Source: Promethearchaeota archaeon (GTDB taxonomy: Archaea > Asgardarchaeota > Lokiarchaeia > Sigyniarchaeales > SOKP01). From it: 18,491 nucleotides of DNA. Below are positions 1 to 8,629 of the stretch, in pieces. A program made the position numbers and the translations under genes. Under the pieces are notes generated by a model. That model made no database searches. It saw only the letters and a program-made list of their open reading frames with translations, and was not told where the DNA came from. Within the stretch, counting starts at the first letter, position 1, and every line of letters begins with the position of its first letter. The stretch spans positions 1 through 18,491 of the forward strand of contig JBHLOI010000063.1 of the NCBI GenBank assembly GCA_048940645.1, given 5' to 3'.

Positions 1-489
1 ATTTCAGGATATACAGATAAAAGTTTCATAAAAGGAATTTCTGCTGTTGAGGATGCGATAATAATTTCTATAACTTCTGGAAGTTTAGTTGATGTTCCAG
101 GAGTTTTAGCAAAAATATTTAAAATTATGAGTAAAAATAGTATTAGTGTATCTTTAGTCGCTCAAAGTGCTTCAGAAATTAGCACTTCATTCATAGTTAA
201 GAAAGAAGATGCTGAGAAAGCACTTATTGCGTTAAATAAATCAGAATATTTTTCAGACTTCTTTGAGATAAAAAATGAAGAAGTGGCAATAATTAATATT
301 ACTGGTTTAAAAGTTTTGGATAATCTAACTAAAGTTAAAATATTCCAAGCTTTAGAAAAAAAGCAGATTAAAGTAAAAGCTTTAACCCAAAGTATTGAGG
401 AATTAAATTTTTCGCTAGTAATAAGTAAAGGGAAGCTTATTGATGCTATTAATGTTATTCACAATGATTTATATGAAGATTTTGAATAG
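1..489 (+). CDS. lysC: Aspartokinase, C-terminal ACT domains (5'-truncated by the window edge)
   Basis: Frame 1 is open from base 1 (ISGYTDKSFIKGISAVEDAIIISITSGSLVDVPGVLAKIFKIM...) into the tracked ORF at 127. The motifs 'IKGIS', 'PGVLAKIF', 'VAQSASEISTSF' and a second ACT 'IFQAL..QSIEELNFSLVI' match the two regulatory ACT domains of aspartokinases. Stop is TAG at 487-489. Confidence 0.8.
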   Translation: MSGYTDKSFIKGISAVEDAIIISITSGSLVDVPGVLAKIFKIMSKNSISVSLVAQSASEISTSFIVKKEDAEKALIALNKSEYFSDFFEIKNEEVAIINITGLKVLDNLTKVKIFQALEKKQIKVKALTQSIEELNFSLVISKGKLIDAINVIHNDLYEDFE

Positions 490-568
490 TTATAGATCAT
501 TTTGAAACAATTTAGTAGATTTAATAAATTATAACTATCTTAATTAAGAAAAAAGTTAAAAACAGCTA

Positions 569-1093
569 TTACGTTCGAGAATCAATAATTCTTCTAGTTA
601 ATTCTGTAAACGCTTGATCTACATTAATACCAGTTTTAGCTGAAGTTTCAATGTATATGCTTTTTTCTTTTTCCGCAAAAGAGCTGGCTTCATTTCGATC
701 AATTACCATCCCAACGTCCTCTAGTAAGTCCGCTTTATTCCCGATCAATACAAATGGGATATTTTCTCCAGCAAATTGGCGTATTTCAGTTAGCCATTTC
801 CTTGTTTCTGTATATGTTTGTTCTCTTGTTAAATCAAAAACTAATAGAGCTCCAGCAGCTCCCTTATAAAATGTTGATCTTATAAATTCAAAACGCTGCT
901 GTCCTCCGATATCCCAAATACTCAAGGTAGCTATTTCCCCCGATCTGAATTCTACGTCCTTGGTCAAGATGTCTACTCCAACAGTTAACTTATAGTTTGC
1001 TGCAAATCGATTCTTTATAAACCTTTGGACCAAACTTGTTTTTCCAACGGCTGCGGCTCCAGTAAGCAATACTTTTAATTTAAAACTTGACAT
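569..1093 (-). CDS. Rab-like small GTPase (Ras superfamily)
   Basis: G1 GAAAVGKT, G2 TVGVD, G3 WDIGGQ, G4 NKAD, G5 ETSAK. Rab-like 'QRFEFIRSTFYKGAAGALLVFD'. Ends at IIDSRT with no C-terminal Cys motif. Confidence 0.95.
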   Translation of the reverse strand: MSSFKLKVLLTGAAAVGKTSLVQRFIKNRFAANYKLTVGVDILTKDVEFRSGEIATLSIWDIGGQQRFEFIRSTFYKGAAGALLVFDLTREQTYTETRKWLTEIRQFAGENIPFVLIGNKADLLEDVGMVIDRNEASSFAEKEKSIYIETSAKTGINVDQAFTELTRRIIDSRT

Positions 1094-1385
1094 AATGTAT
1101 TCCTTCTTGACTATAATTCTTATATTATTTAAAAAATATTTAATGGTATATAAATTATTATCGTAATAGTTATTTAAGAATTTATTTAATTCTTTTTTGA
1201 AAATTTATATTAACCTTGTTAAAGATTTAATGGATTTATTTCTTAAATATTTTTACACAATTTTTAATCCGTACTTTATTAAATAATTGATTTTAATGGA
1301 CTTATTTTGATTTCTATACAATTTTATAAACGGATTTTTATAAACCAATGGATAATTAAGTAGATTTTATTGTTGGAATTCAATA

Positions 1386-3347
1386 TTATCTTTTTGGAAT
1401 ATCTTTATATACATCTAGATTTGGAAAAAAATCTAAATTTAAATGGGGAAAATACATTGCTTCAGCATATTCTCGCTGAAAATTCTTTTCTAAAGCGATT
1501 TCCACATAATCAATATCTTCTAATAGATTATGAGCTTTCATTCTGAGTTCTTTATTTAGTAAACAATTTATAGCACCAATTCCCGCCGCATTACCTATTT
1601 GAAAAATTCTCTCAGATGGGATATCTGGAATCATTCCAATAAATTTTGCACTCTCTTTGTTTATATAATTTCCAAAAGCTCCTGCTAAAAATATTTGTTC
1701 AATCTTATAATTTGTATTATACTTTTTTCTAAGATAATCAAGTAGTATTCTTGTTCCTGAAAAAAAGGCTGCTTTTGCCATTTGAATTTCTCTAATATCT
1801 TTTTGCGAAAGTGTAATTTCTCTTCCAAAAGCAGTTTCAGTTTTTTTTACAATAATAAATTCTAGTTTTTTATCCTTCTCTAAAAATCTTTTGCTATCAA
1901 TCCATTCCTTGTTAAAATTACCACTACGAGTTATAACTTTAGATTTTAATAATTCAGCTACAGCATCTATTAATCCAGAACCACAGATTCCAATAGGTTT
2001 TCTATTTTTTATGGTAGTAAATGAAACATTTAACGTTTCAGGATCTATTTTAATTGTATCTATTGCACCTCCCGCAGCCCTCATTCCATCTTTTATATGG
2101 GCTCCTTCTAAAGCAGATCCTGCGGCACAGGATCCGGTAGCTAAAACATCTTTATTCCCAATAATAATTTCACCATTCGTACCGATGTCCAATGCCAACG
2201 TTAAATCAAATTCTTCATCTATTTTAGAGGAAAGTATTACTCCAATAGTATCTGCACCAACAAATCCAGCTATTAATGGTAAGAGATATATATTTCCATA
2301 GGGATGAATATTTAAATTTACATTCTTAGGCGCTATATTTAATGGTTGTTGAACTACTGGAACATAAGGACTCAATCCGATACTAGTAGGATTTAATCCT
2401 AAAAAGAGGTGATGCATAACGGAATTACCAACAACGGAGATTTCAAATATTTGGGAGGGAATAATTTTTGCCTCGGAGCATAAATTCAAAATTAATTTAT
2501 TAAGTGCTTCAATAACAATAGAATTTAATTTTTGAAGACCGCCTTTATTATCTTTAACATAAGTAATCCTGGTGATTAAATCTTCTCCATAAGCAGTTTG
2601 AGGATTTAGCATTGATGCAACAGCATAAGTTTTACCATCATTAAGGTTGATTAAATATCCTACAATTGTTGTTGTTCCAATATCAAAAGCTACCCCATAG
2701 TTTTCCTCTACTTTGTTTTTGGGTTCACAATGTATTATCTTAGAAGCATTTAATAATGTAATGGTTAACTCATTAGATTGTTCTCTCAAAATGTCTGATA
2801 TATTTTTTAACACTTCGAGTTCAACATCATAATCTACTCCTTTTCTTTGGTTTTTCGATATAGAATTAATAACAGAAATAATTCGTTCAAAATCAGGGAT
2901 TGGATTATTAAGGGATGCATCTTCAACATTTATAAAAAACTTTTTAACATTAGGAATTATTTTAAGTTCTTTTTTGATGCCTGAAGTTAATATTTTAAAA
3001 TCTTCAAGCAATAACTCCTCAGGTAAGAATATAATAACATGTGGGAGCTTAGATAACTTTAATTGTTTTATTTTTACTTCGTTGATCTTAGTTTGACAAG
3101 CTAACCTCCAACCTTCTGCTAATTCAGTTTTATTTAATATTTCCATTTCAGATTGTGAAGGAGAATTTAAGACTTCTTTTCCTTTTTTAATTTGAAGTTT
3201 ACATTTCCCACATGTACCTTCACCTCCACATAAGGTTCTAATTTGAATACCTGAGTCTATTAATATGTGATATATAGTCTTTTCTTTTGGAAAATAAAAT
3301 CTTCTAGAAATAGGCTCTAAGTCCAAAATAATATTATTATTTTCCAT
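1386..3347 (-). CDS. ASKHA-type ATP-dependent reductive activator of corrinoid proteins (RACo/AcsV, DUF4445-like) with N-terminal [2Fe-2S] domain
   Basis: N-terminal CGGEGTCGKC...RLACQ ferredoxin motif. ASKHA motifs DIGTTT, DIGTNGE, GICGSG, LAGAFG, GNAAGIGA. Confidence 0.9.
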   Translation of the reverse strand: MENNNIILDLEPISRRFYFPKEKTIYHILIDSGIQIRTLCGGEGTCGKCKLQIKKGKEVLNSPSQSEMEILNKTELAEGWRLACQTKINEVKIKQLKLSKLPHVIIFLPEELLLEDFKILTSGIKKELKIIPNVKKFFINVEDASLNNPIPDFERIISVINSISKNQRKGVDYDVELEVLKNISDILREQSNELTITLLNASKIIHCEPKNKVEENYGVAFDIGTTTIVGYLINLNDGKTYAVASMLNPQTAYGEDLITRITYVKDNKGGLQKLNSIVIEALNKLILNLCSEAKIIPSQIFEISVVGNSVMHHLFLGLNPTSIGLSPYVPVVQQPLNIAPKNVNLNIHPYGNIYLLPLIAGFVGADTIGVILSSKIDEEFDLTLALDIGTNGEIIIGNKDVLATGSCAAGSALEGAHIKDGMRAAGGAIDTIKIDPETLNVSFTTIKNRKPIGICGSGLIDAVAELLKSKVITRSGNFNKEWIDSKRFLEKDKKLEFIIVKKTETAFGREITLSQKDIREIQMAKAAFFSGTRILLDYLRKKYNTNYKIEQIFLAGAFGNYINKESAKFIGMIPDIPSERIFQIGNAAGIGAINCLLNKELRMKAHNLLEDIDYVEIALEKNFQREYAEAMYFPHLNLDFFPNLDVYKDIPKR

Positions 3348-3567
3348 ATCTGAATCTCATTAAATAATATAATAAATCTCAAATGAGAAATTAAGGCTAA
3401 TAATTTTTGTATATAAAAATTTTTAACTTATTTAATTTACATAAATTAATTGGCAAGATATAAAAAATTTATTTGATAAAAGGGTTTAATTTATTGTAGA
3501 AATAGTAAAATGTTTTTAGCCATCAAATTATTCCCAATTATAAATTTTCTCAAGAGAAGTATTTAAA

Positions 3568-6500
3568 ATGCAGAATAATGAATTTTTAGCTCAAGAAGCC
3601 CTCAAGTACTTAGAGATAGCTCAGAGATTTGAAGCAGAAGGAAAGGTACAGGAAGCTATTGAAAATTACCAATTAGCTGCTGATAATCTTAAAAAAAGTG
3701 GTTACATGATGCACAGGGTTAGTGAGTTGTATGATAGAATAGAAGGTTTAAAAACCTTCATGAAAGAACAGAGATTATATCAGCATAAACAACTAAGTGC
3801 TCAAATTGAAAAACATCAGGAACAGGCTTTTGTAATAATTGACAGAGCCTCTGAACTAGAGTCAGAGGGAAGTTTTCAAGATGCAATCGAGCGATATAAT
3901 TCTGCTATAAAGTTATTAACTCAAGCTGGGTGGTCTGAGTCCCAGCTACAAAATCTAAAAATGAAGATTGCTTCGCTTACAGATAAGGATAAAACTCAAA
4001 AAACTACTAAAAGTGAAGAGGATATTTCTATACGGCTAACCTCGCAAATAGGAGGGACACCTCAGATAATGGATGCTTTTGGTGAAAAAAAAAGCATCGA
4101 AAAGGCAGAACAACTTAGAAAATATCAAGAAATGAAAGCAAAACAAGAGAAAGCACAAAATGATGCTTTTGCATTTATTGATAATGCTAAATTTCATGAG
4201 AAAAATAAAAAATTTGATGAAGCAATTGAAAATTATGAAAAAGCAGTTGATTTATTAAACTCAATTGGATGGAAGGACCAAACGCAAAATATTAAATTTA
4301 TAATTGAAAAGCTTATAAAGGAAAAAGAGATTCATGAAAGATTTGAAACAAAACAACGAATTGAAGAATCTTCTGTTATTCATGATTCTGAAATTGATTC
4401 CCAAACGCTGCCAGATAGTTCTAAAGTAGTTGAATTTGAGTATAAAAAAAGATCTGAGGAAGATATACAAATTGAAGCATTTAATTTGATTGATTTTGCT
4501 AAAAAACTAGAAAGGGAAAAGGACTACACAAAAGCGATCGAGAAATTTCAAAGGGCTATAGAATTATTTAAATCGATTGAATGGGATTCATATATCCAAC
4601 CTATTATGAATTTTATAGATAGTATAAAGGAAAAGCAAAATAGTGAAGAAAAGTTAGTGGAAGTAAGAAAAAAGAGAGAAGATAATCTTGAAAAAATACA
4701 AGATAGGTTGTTTCTAAAAGAAAAAGAACATGTTATACAGACAGCTAAAGATTTTGAAGTACAACATAGAGAATATGTACAAAAAAGACAATCTCAATTG
4801 GAAAAAGAGAGTCAATTTTTTACCTTTTTAGATAAAGCCGATAATAAACTCCAGCAAAATCAAGATTTTGAGGGAGCAATCAAAGAATATCAAAATGCCT
4901 TAGAAGTACTCCTTGACCTTGGATCTGGTTGGGAATCTTATGTCCCTACTATAAAAACAACCATCGATAGTGTGAAAAAACTAAAAGAAACACAATATGA
5001 AAAGGAGTTTGAAGAACAGAAGAAATTAGAAGAAAAATCAAAACAAGAATTAGAGTTTCAGAAGCAAATTTCAACTCTATTAGAAAGAGAACGCAAAAAG
5101 TTAAAAGAAAAACAAATTGAAATCCAATTAGATAAGGATAAGCAAGTATATAGCGAACAACGTAAAGATTCCGCATTTAACGCGCTAGATGAAGCCCAAA
5201 AGTTTATTAAAATGGGGAATTTAGATAAGGCAATTTTAGCTTATCAAAATGCAGCTAATATCTTTACGAGTATTCAATGGCAAGAAGAGGTACCTCTGAT
5301 TGAAGCATCGATTAAAGAATTAGAAAATATGAAGAATGAAATTGAGATAAAAAAACAAAAGGATATCCAAAGAGAAATTGAAAGACAAAAAGAAGAATAT
5401 GATTTTCAAGAAAGAATTGCTACTCAGTTACGGACAGAACGAGAGAGGCTGAAAAGGAAAGAAGTAAAAAGAAGAGAAAAAGATAAAGAGTTAGAATATC
5501 GGCAGAAAAGGAAGGAGGATGCTTTCAAGATACTAGATCAAGCTCAAAAATTTATCAATGAAGCTAATTTTGATAAAGCAATTGAATGCTATCATATTGT
5601 AGCTAATATCTTTGCAGAAATTCAATGGAATGATGAGGTAGAATTTATAGGGAATGCAATAATAGAAATCGAGAATCAAAAAAGGGATCTAATTTTAAAG
5701 AAGCAAGGAGAGCTACAGAAAAAGCTTGATAGAGAAAAGAGAGAAAAAGAATTTCAGATAAAGATTGTAGAGCAGCTAAAATCACAAAAAGAAATGTTTA
5801 AACAAAAAGCACTGAAATTGAGAGATAAAAGTAAAGAATTAGAATATCGTGAACAAAAGAGAGATGAGGCATTTATTCTGATAGAAAAGGCACAAAATTA
5901 TCTTTCATTAGGTAGATTTAACGAAGCTATTGATACGTATAGGAATGTTGCTAACATTTTTGCCCAGATACAATGGAAGGAGGAAATCCCTATTATACAC
6001 AATGCAATCATGGAGATCGAGACAAAAAAGAAGGAAAAGGAATTATTGAAACAAAAACGCATTGAGGAAGGTATTAAAAAAGAATTGGAAGATTTTAAAT
6101 TTTTTAACAGGATAAAGCGCCAAAGAGAAATTGAAATTAAAAAAATGCAACAAGAACAAGAAATACTGGCTAAAAAGGAAAGGTTATCTGCTCATCAGCT
6201 TATTAAACAAGCAGAAGCATTTAAGTTAATTGATAAAGGGGATTCTTTACTGAATCAAGAAAGATTTGAAGATGCCATGATAATATATCAACAAGCTCTG
6301 GATTTATTATATGGTATTGGTTGGAAGGGCGGGTATGTAAAATTAATTCGAGAAACAATTAATGAAATTAATGTCAAACAAGAAGAAAAAGAAAAAGCAA
6401 AGCTAAGAGAAAAAGAGCTAGCAAGAAAACAAATCGAAGAAGAGAGAAAATTTGAAATGAAACTTGCCGAGCAAATGAACAGAGAAAGGGAAAGGTTTAA

Positions 6501-8520
6501 AGGAAAGAAAATTGAAATTGAAAAGAAAGAAGTACTAATGGAACAAATAAATTCACTTAAAATCGAAGCGTTTGATTTAATGGATAAAGCAGAGGATTTA
6601 TTGAATATAGGAATGTATGAACAAGCAATTGAACTTTATCACCAAGCAGAATTAGTTTTAAATGAAATTCAGTACCCTACGGATCCTATTAAAGAATTGA
6701 TTTCAAATATCCAAGAGAAGAAAAGAGAAAAGGATTTAGCTAGCCAATATGATTTAGAACAACTTATGAGAAAAGAGGAGCAGGAAAAAATTTTTCAGCA
6801 AAGAATTGTAGAATTTATGAACTTTGAGAGAGAAAAGATAAAAGATAAACAAATTGAGCTAAGAAAACGTGAAATAGCTAAAGAATATATGAATAAAAGA
6901 AAAGAAGATGCTTTTGATCTTTTAGAACAAGCTGAAAGCTTTTTAAAAGCAGCTCTATATGATAAAGCACTCGAATTTTATCATAGTGCAGAATTAATTT
7001 TAAATGAAATTCAATTTCCAACTGAATCTGTACGAGAAATGATTTTAAAAGTCACTGATAAGAAAAGAGAGCAAGAATTAGAGAAACAAAATGAATTAGA
7101 GATCAAAATTCAAAAAGAGAAGGAGCAGCAAAAATTTAATAAAAGATTAGCTGAGCAAATAAGTAGGGAAAAATCAAGGCTAAAAGAAAAGAAAATCAAA
7201 ATTCAAGAAATAGAAAAAGTTAAAGCCAAAGTGGAAGGAAAGAAAGAAGAGGCATTTAAAATTTTAGACGATGCTGAAAATTTCATTAAAACAAAAGATT
7301 ATGATAAGGCAATAAATATTTACAGGCAAGTTATGTTAATTTTAAATGAAATACAATTTCCAACTGATTCTATTACTGAGATGATAGTTAAAGTAGAAAA
7401 TCTTAAAAAACAGAAATTTGTTCAACAACAAGCAAAATTAAAAAGAGAATTAGCAAAAATTGAAGAAGAAAAGAAATTAAGAGTACTAATCGAAGAAAGA
7501 AGAAAATATGAAAAGGAAAAGCAATTAGCACAAAAAATAGCACTTCAAGAACGAGAAAGGTTGGTTCAAGAACAATTAAGCAATAGAGAGGCGGCATATT
7601 CTCTTTTAGAAAAAGCAGGTAATTATCTTATAAGAAAATTCCCTGATTATGATAAAGCTATTTCTTTATATAATCAGGCAAGGAATATTTTAGCTGAAAA
7701 GGTCGGTTGGGAACCGGAAATAAATAGTATTAGTAGTTTAATAAAGGATTTAGAACTAGAAAAGAAAAATTTAATAGAGAAGAAAAAGCGAGAAGAAAAA
7801 ATACGAATTCAAAGAGAAAGGGAGTATGAAAAATTCCAAGAAGAAATTAGACAGAGACGTGAAGAGTATTTAAGAAGAAAAAGAGATCAACAGAAAAAGA
7901 TGAGCCAATTTCAACAACAACAACAATATGCGAATCAGCTAAAGGATGAAGGGTTAAAATTAATAGATGAGGGAAAGCGTTTAACAATCCATCACGATTT
8001 TGAAAAAGCTTATAGTTGTTTTGAACAAGCTATTGCAAAATTTAACAAAATTGGTTGGAATGAGCAAACTAAATTCATTGAGAAAGAAATTGAAAATACT
8101 AGATTACTCCAAGAAAAAGTAAAAGAAGAAGAAATAAGAATACAAAAAATTTATGAAGAATTAGTAAGTAAAAAACGTTTAGAAGAAATTCGATTAAAGG
8201 AAAAAGAGATAAAAATCCAAGAAACTATCGACGAATTAAGCGATATGACTGGTGAAGTTTCACAATTAATCAAAAAACAAATTAAAGAACAAAAATCAAG
8301 ACAAAAAGAAGAAAAAGAAATAGAGAAAAAAGCGGCAAAAAAGTTTAGAAAAGATATGAAGGAATTAATCAATTTAAAGCAAGAACTTATAAATGAAATT
8401 AAGAGAACTAAAGAGGATGCTGCTAAAAATAGAGAAGAAATGCAGCTATCAAAGGATAAAGAAAAAGCTGATGAAATTAAAGAGATGTTAAAGGATTTAA
8501 CTAAAAAGAAGAAGAAGTAA
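3568..8520 (+). CDS. 1650-aa repeat protein: 14 MIT/TPR-like helical modules alternating with charged coiled-coil segments
   Basis: Consensus AF-x-x-[IL]-[DE]-x-A...[FY]-[DE]-x-AI-x-x-Y-x-x-A-x-x-[IL]-[LF]-x-x-I-x-[WFY] recurs 14 times, separated by E/K/R/Q-rich spacers. No TM segment or signal peptide is evident. Confidence 0.85.
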   Translation: MQNNEFLAQEALKYLEIAQRFEAEGKVQEAIENYQLAADNLKKSGYMMHRVSELYDRIEGLKTFMKEQRLYQHKQLSAQIEKHQEQAFVIIDRASELESEGSFQDAIERYNSAIKLLTQAGWSESQLQNLKMKIASLTDKDKTQKTTKSEEDISIRLTSQIGGTPQIMDAFGEKKSIEKAEQLRKYQEMKAKQEKAQNDAFAFIDNAKFHEKNKKFDEAIENYEKAVDLLNSIGWKDQTQNIKFIIEKLIKEKEIHERFETKQRIEESSVIHDSEIDSQTLPDSSKVVEFEYKKRSEEDIQIEAFNLIDFAKKLEREKDYTKAIEKFQRAIELFKSIEWDSYIQPIMNFIDSIKEKQNSEEKLVEVRKKREDNLEKIQDRLFLKEKEHVIQTAKDFEVQHREYVQKRQSQLEKESQFFTFLDKADNKLQQNQDFEGAIKEYQNALEVLLDLGSGWESYVPTIKTTIDSVKKLKETQYEKEFEEQKKLEEKSKQELEFQKQISTLLERERKKLKEKQIEIQLDKDKQVYSEQRKDSAFNALDEAQKFIKMGNLDKAILAYQNAANIFTSIQWQEEVPLIEASIKELENMKNEIEIKKQKDIQREIERQKEEYDFQERIATQLRTERERLKRKEVKRREKDKELEYRQKRKEDAFKILDQAQKFINEANFDKAIECYHIVANIFAEIQWNDEVEFIGNAIIEIENQKRDLILKKQGELQKKLDREKREKEFQIKIVEQLKSQKEMFKQKALKLRDKSKELEYREQKRDEAFILIEKAQNYLSLGRFNEAIDTYRNVANIFAQIQWKEEIPIIHNAIMEIETKKKEKELLKQKRIEEGIKKELEDFKFFNRIKRQREIEIKKMQQEQEILAKKERLSAHQLIKQAEAFKLIDKGDSLLNQERFEDAMIIYQQALDLLYGIGWKGGYVKLIRETINEINVKQEEKEKAKLREKELARKQIEEERKFEMKLAEQMNRERERFKGKKIEIEKKEVLMEQINSLKIEAFDLMDKAEDLLNIGMYEQAIELYHQAELVLNEIQYPTDPIKELISNIQEKKREKDLASQYDLEQLMRKEEQEKIFQQRIVEFMNFEREKIKDKQIELRKREIAKEYMNKRKEDAFDLLEQAESFLKAALYDKALEFYHSAELILNEIQFPTESVREMILKVTDKKREQELEKQNELEIKIQKEKEQQKFNKRLAEQISREKSRLKEKKIKIQEIEKVKAKVEGKKEEAFKILDDAENFIKTKDYDKAINIYRQVMLILNEIQFPTDSITEMIVKVENLKKQKFVQQQAKLKRELAKIEEEKKLRVLIEERRKYEKEKQLAQKIALQERERLVQEQLSNREAAYSLLEKAGNYLIRKFPDYDKAISLYNQARNILAEKVGWEPEINSISSLIKDLELEKKNLIEKKKREEKIRIQREREYEKFQEEIRQRREEYLRRKRDQQKKMSQFQQQQQYANQLKDEGLKLIDEGKRLTIHHDFEKAYSCFEQAIAKFNKIGWNEQTKFIEKEIENTRLLQEKVKEEEIRIQKIYEELVSKKRLEEIRLKEKEIKIQETIDELSDMTGEVSQLIKKQIKEQKSRQKEEKEIEKKAAKKFRKDMKELINLKQELINEIKRTKEDAAKNREEMQLSKDKEKADEIKEMLKDLTKKKKK

Positions 8521-8629
8521 TTATCCTTTATTACTTATTAATATTTTATTTCAATATAACACTAAAAGAATTTATATTCTTTTGATATGTTAATATACTC
8601 ATATTACAATTAAACATTGCCATTTTAAA

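Noticed and set aside
127-489. Stand-alone 120-aa ACT protein starting at ATG 127
   Set aside because: The frame is open to base 1 with continuing aspartokinase-like sequence, so ATG 127 is internal.
651-869. Tracked + strand ORF; likewise 1891..2301, 11354..11575 and 15964..16182
   Set aside because: Each lies wholly antisense within a better-supported gene and has no motifs.
3353-3388. TCTCA-aa-TGAGA palindrome and repeated AATCTCA upstream of the RACo gene
   Set aside because: The arms are only 5-7 bp and could be chance; no second copy or cognate regulator supports an operator call.
4261-8372. Four short hydrophobic minus-strand ORFs (4261..4470, 4949..5176, 7403..7597, 8151..8372)
   Set aside because: Their F/L/I/S richness is just the reverse complement of the A-rich Lys/Glu codons of the 1650-aa gene.
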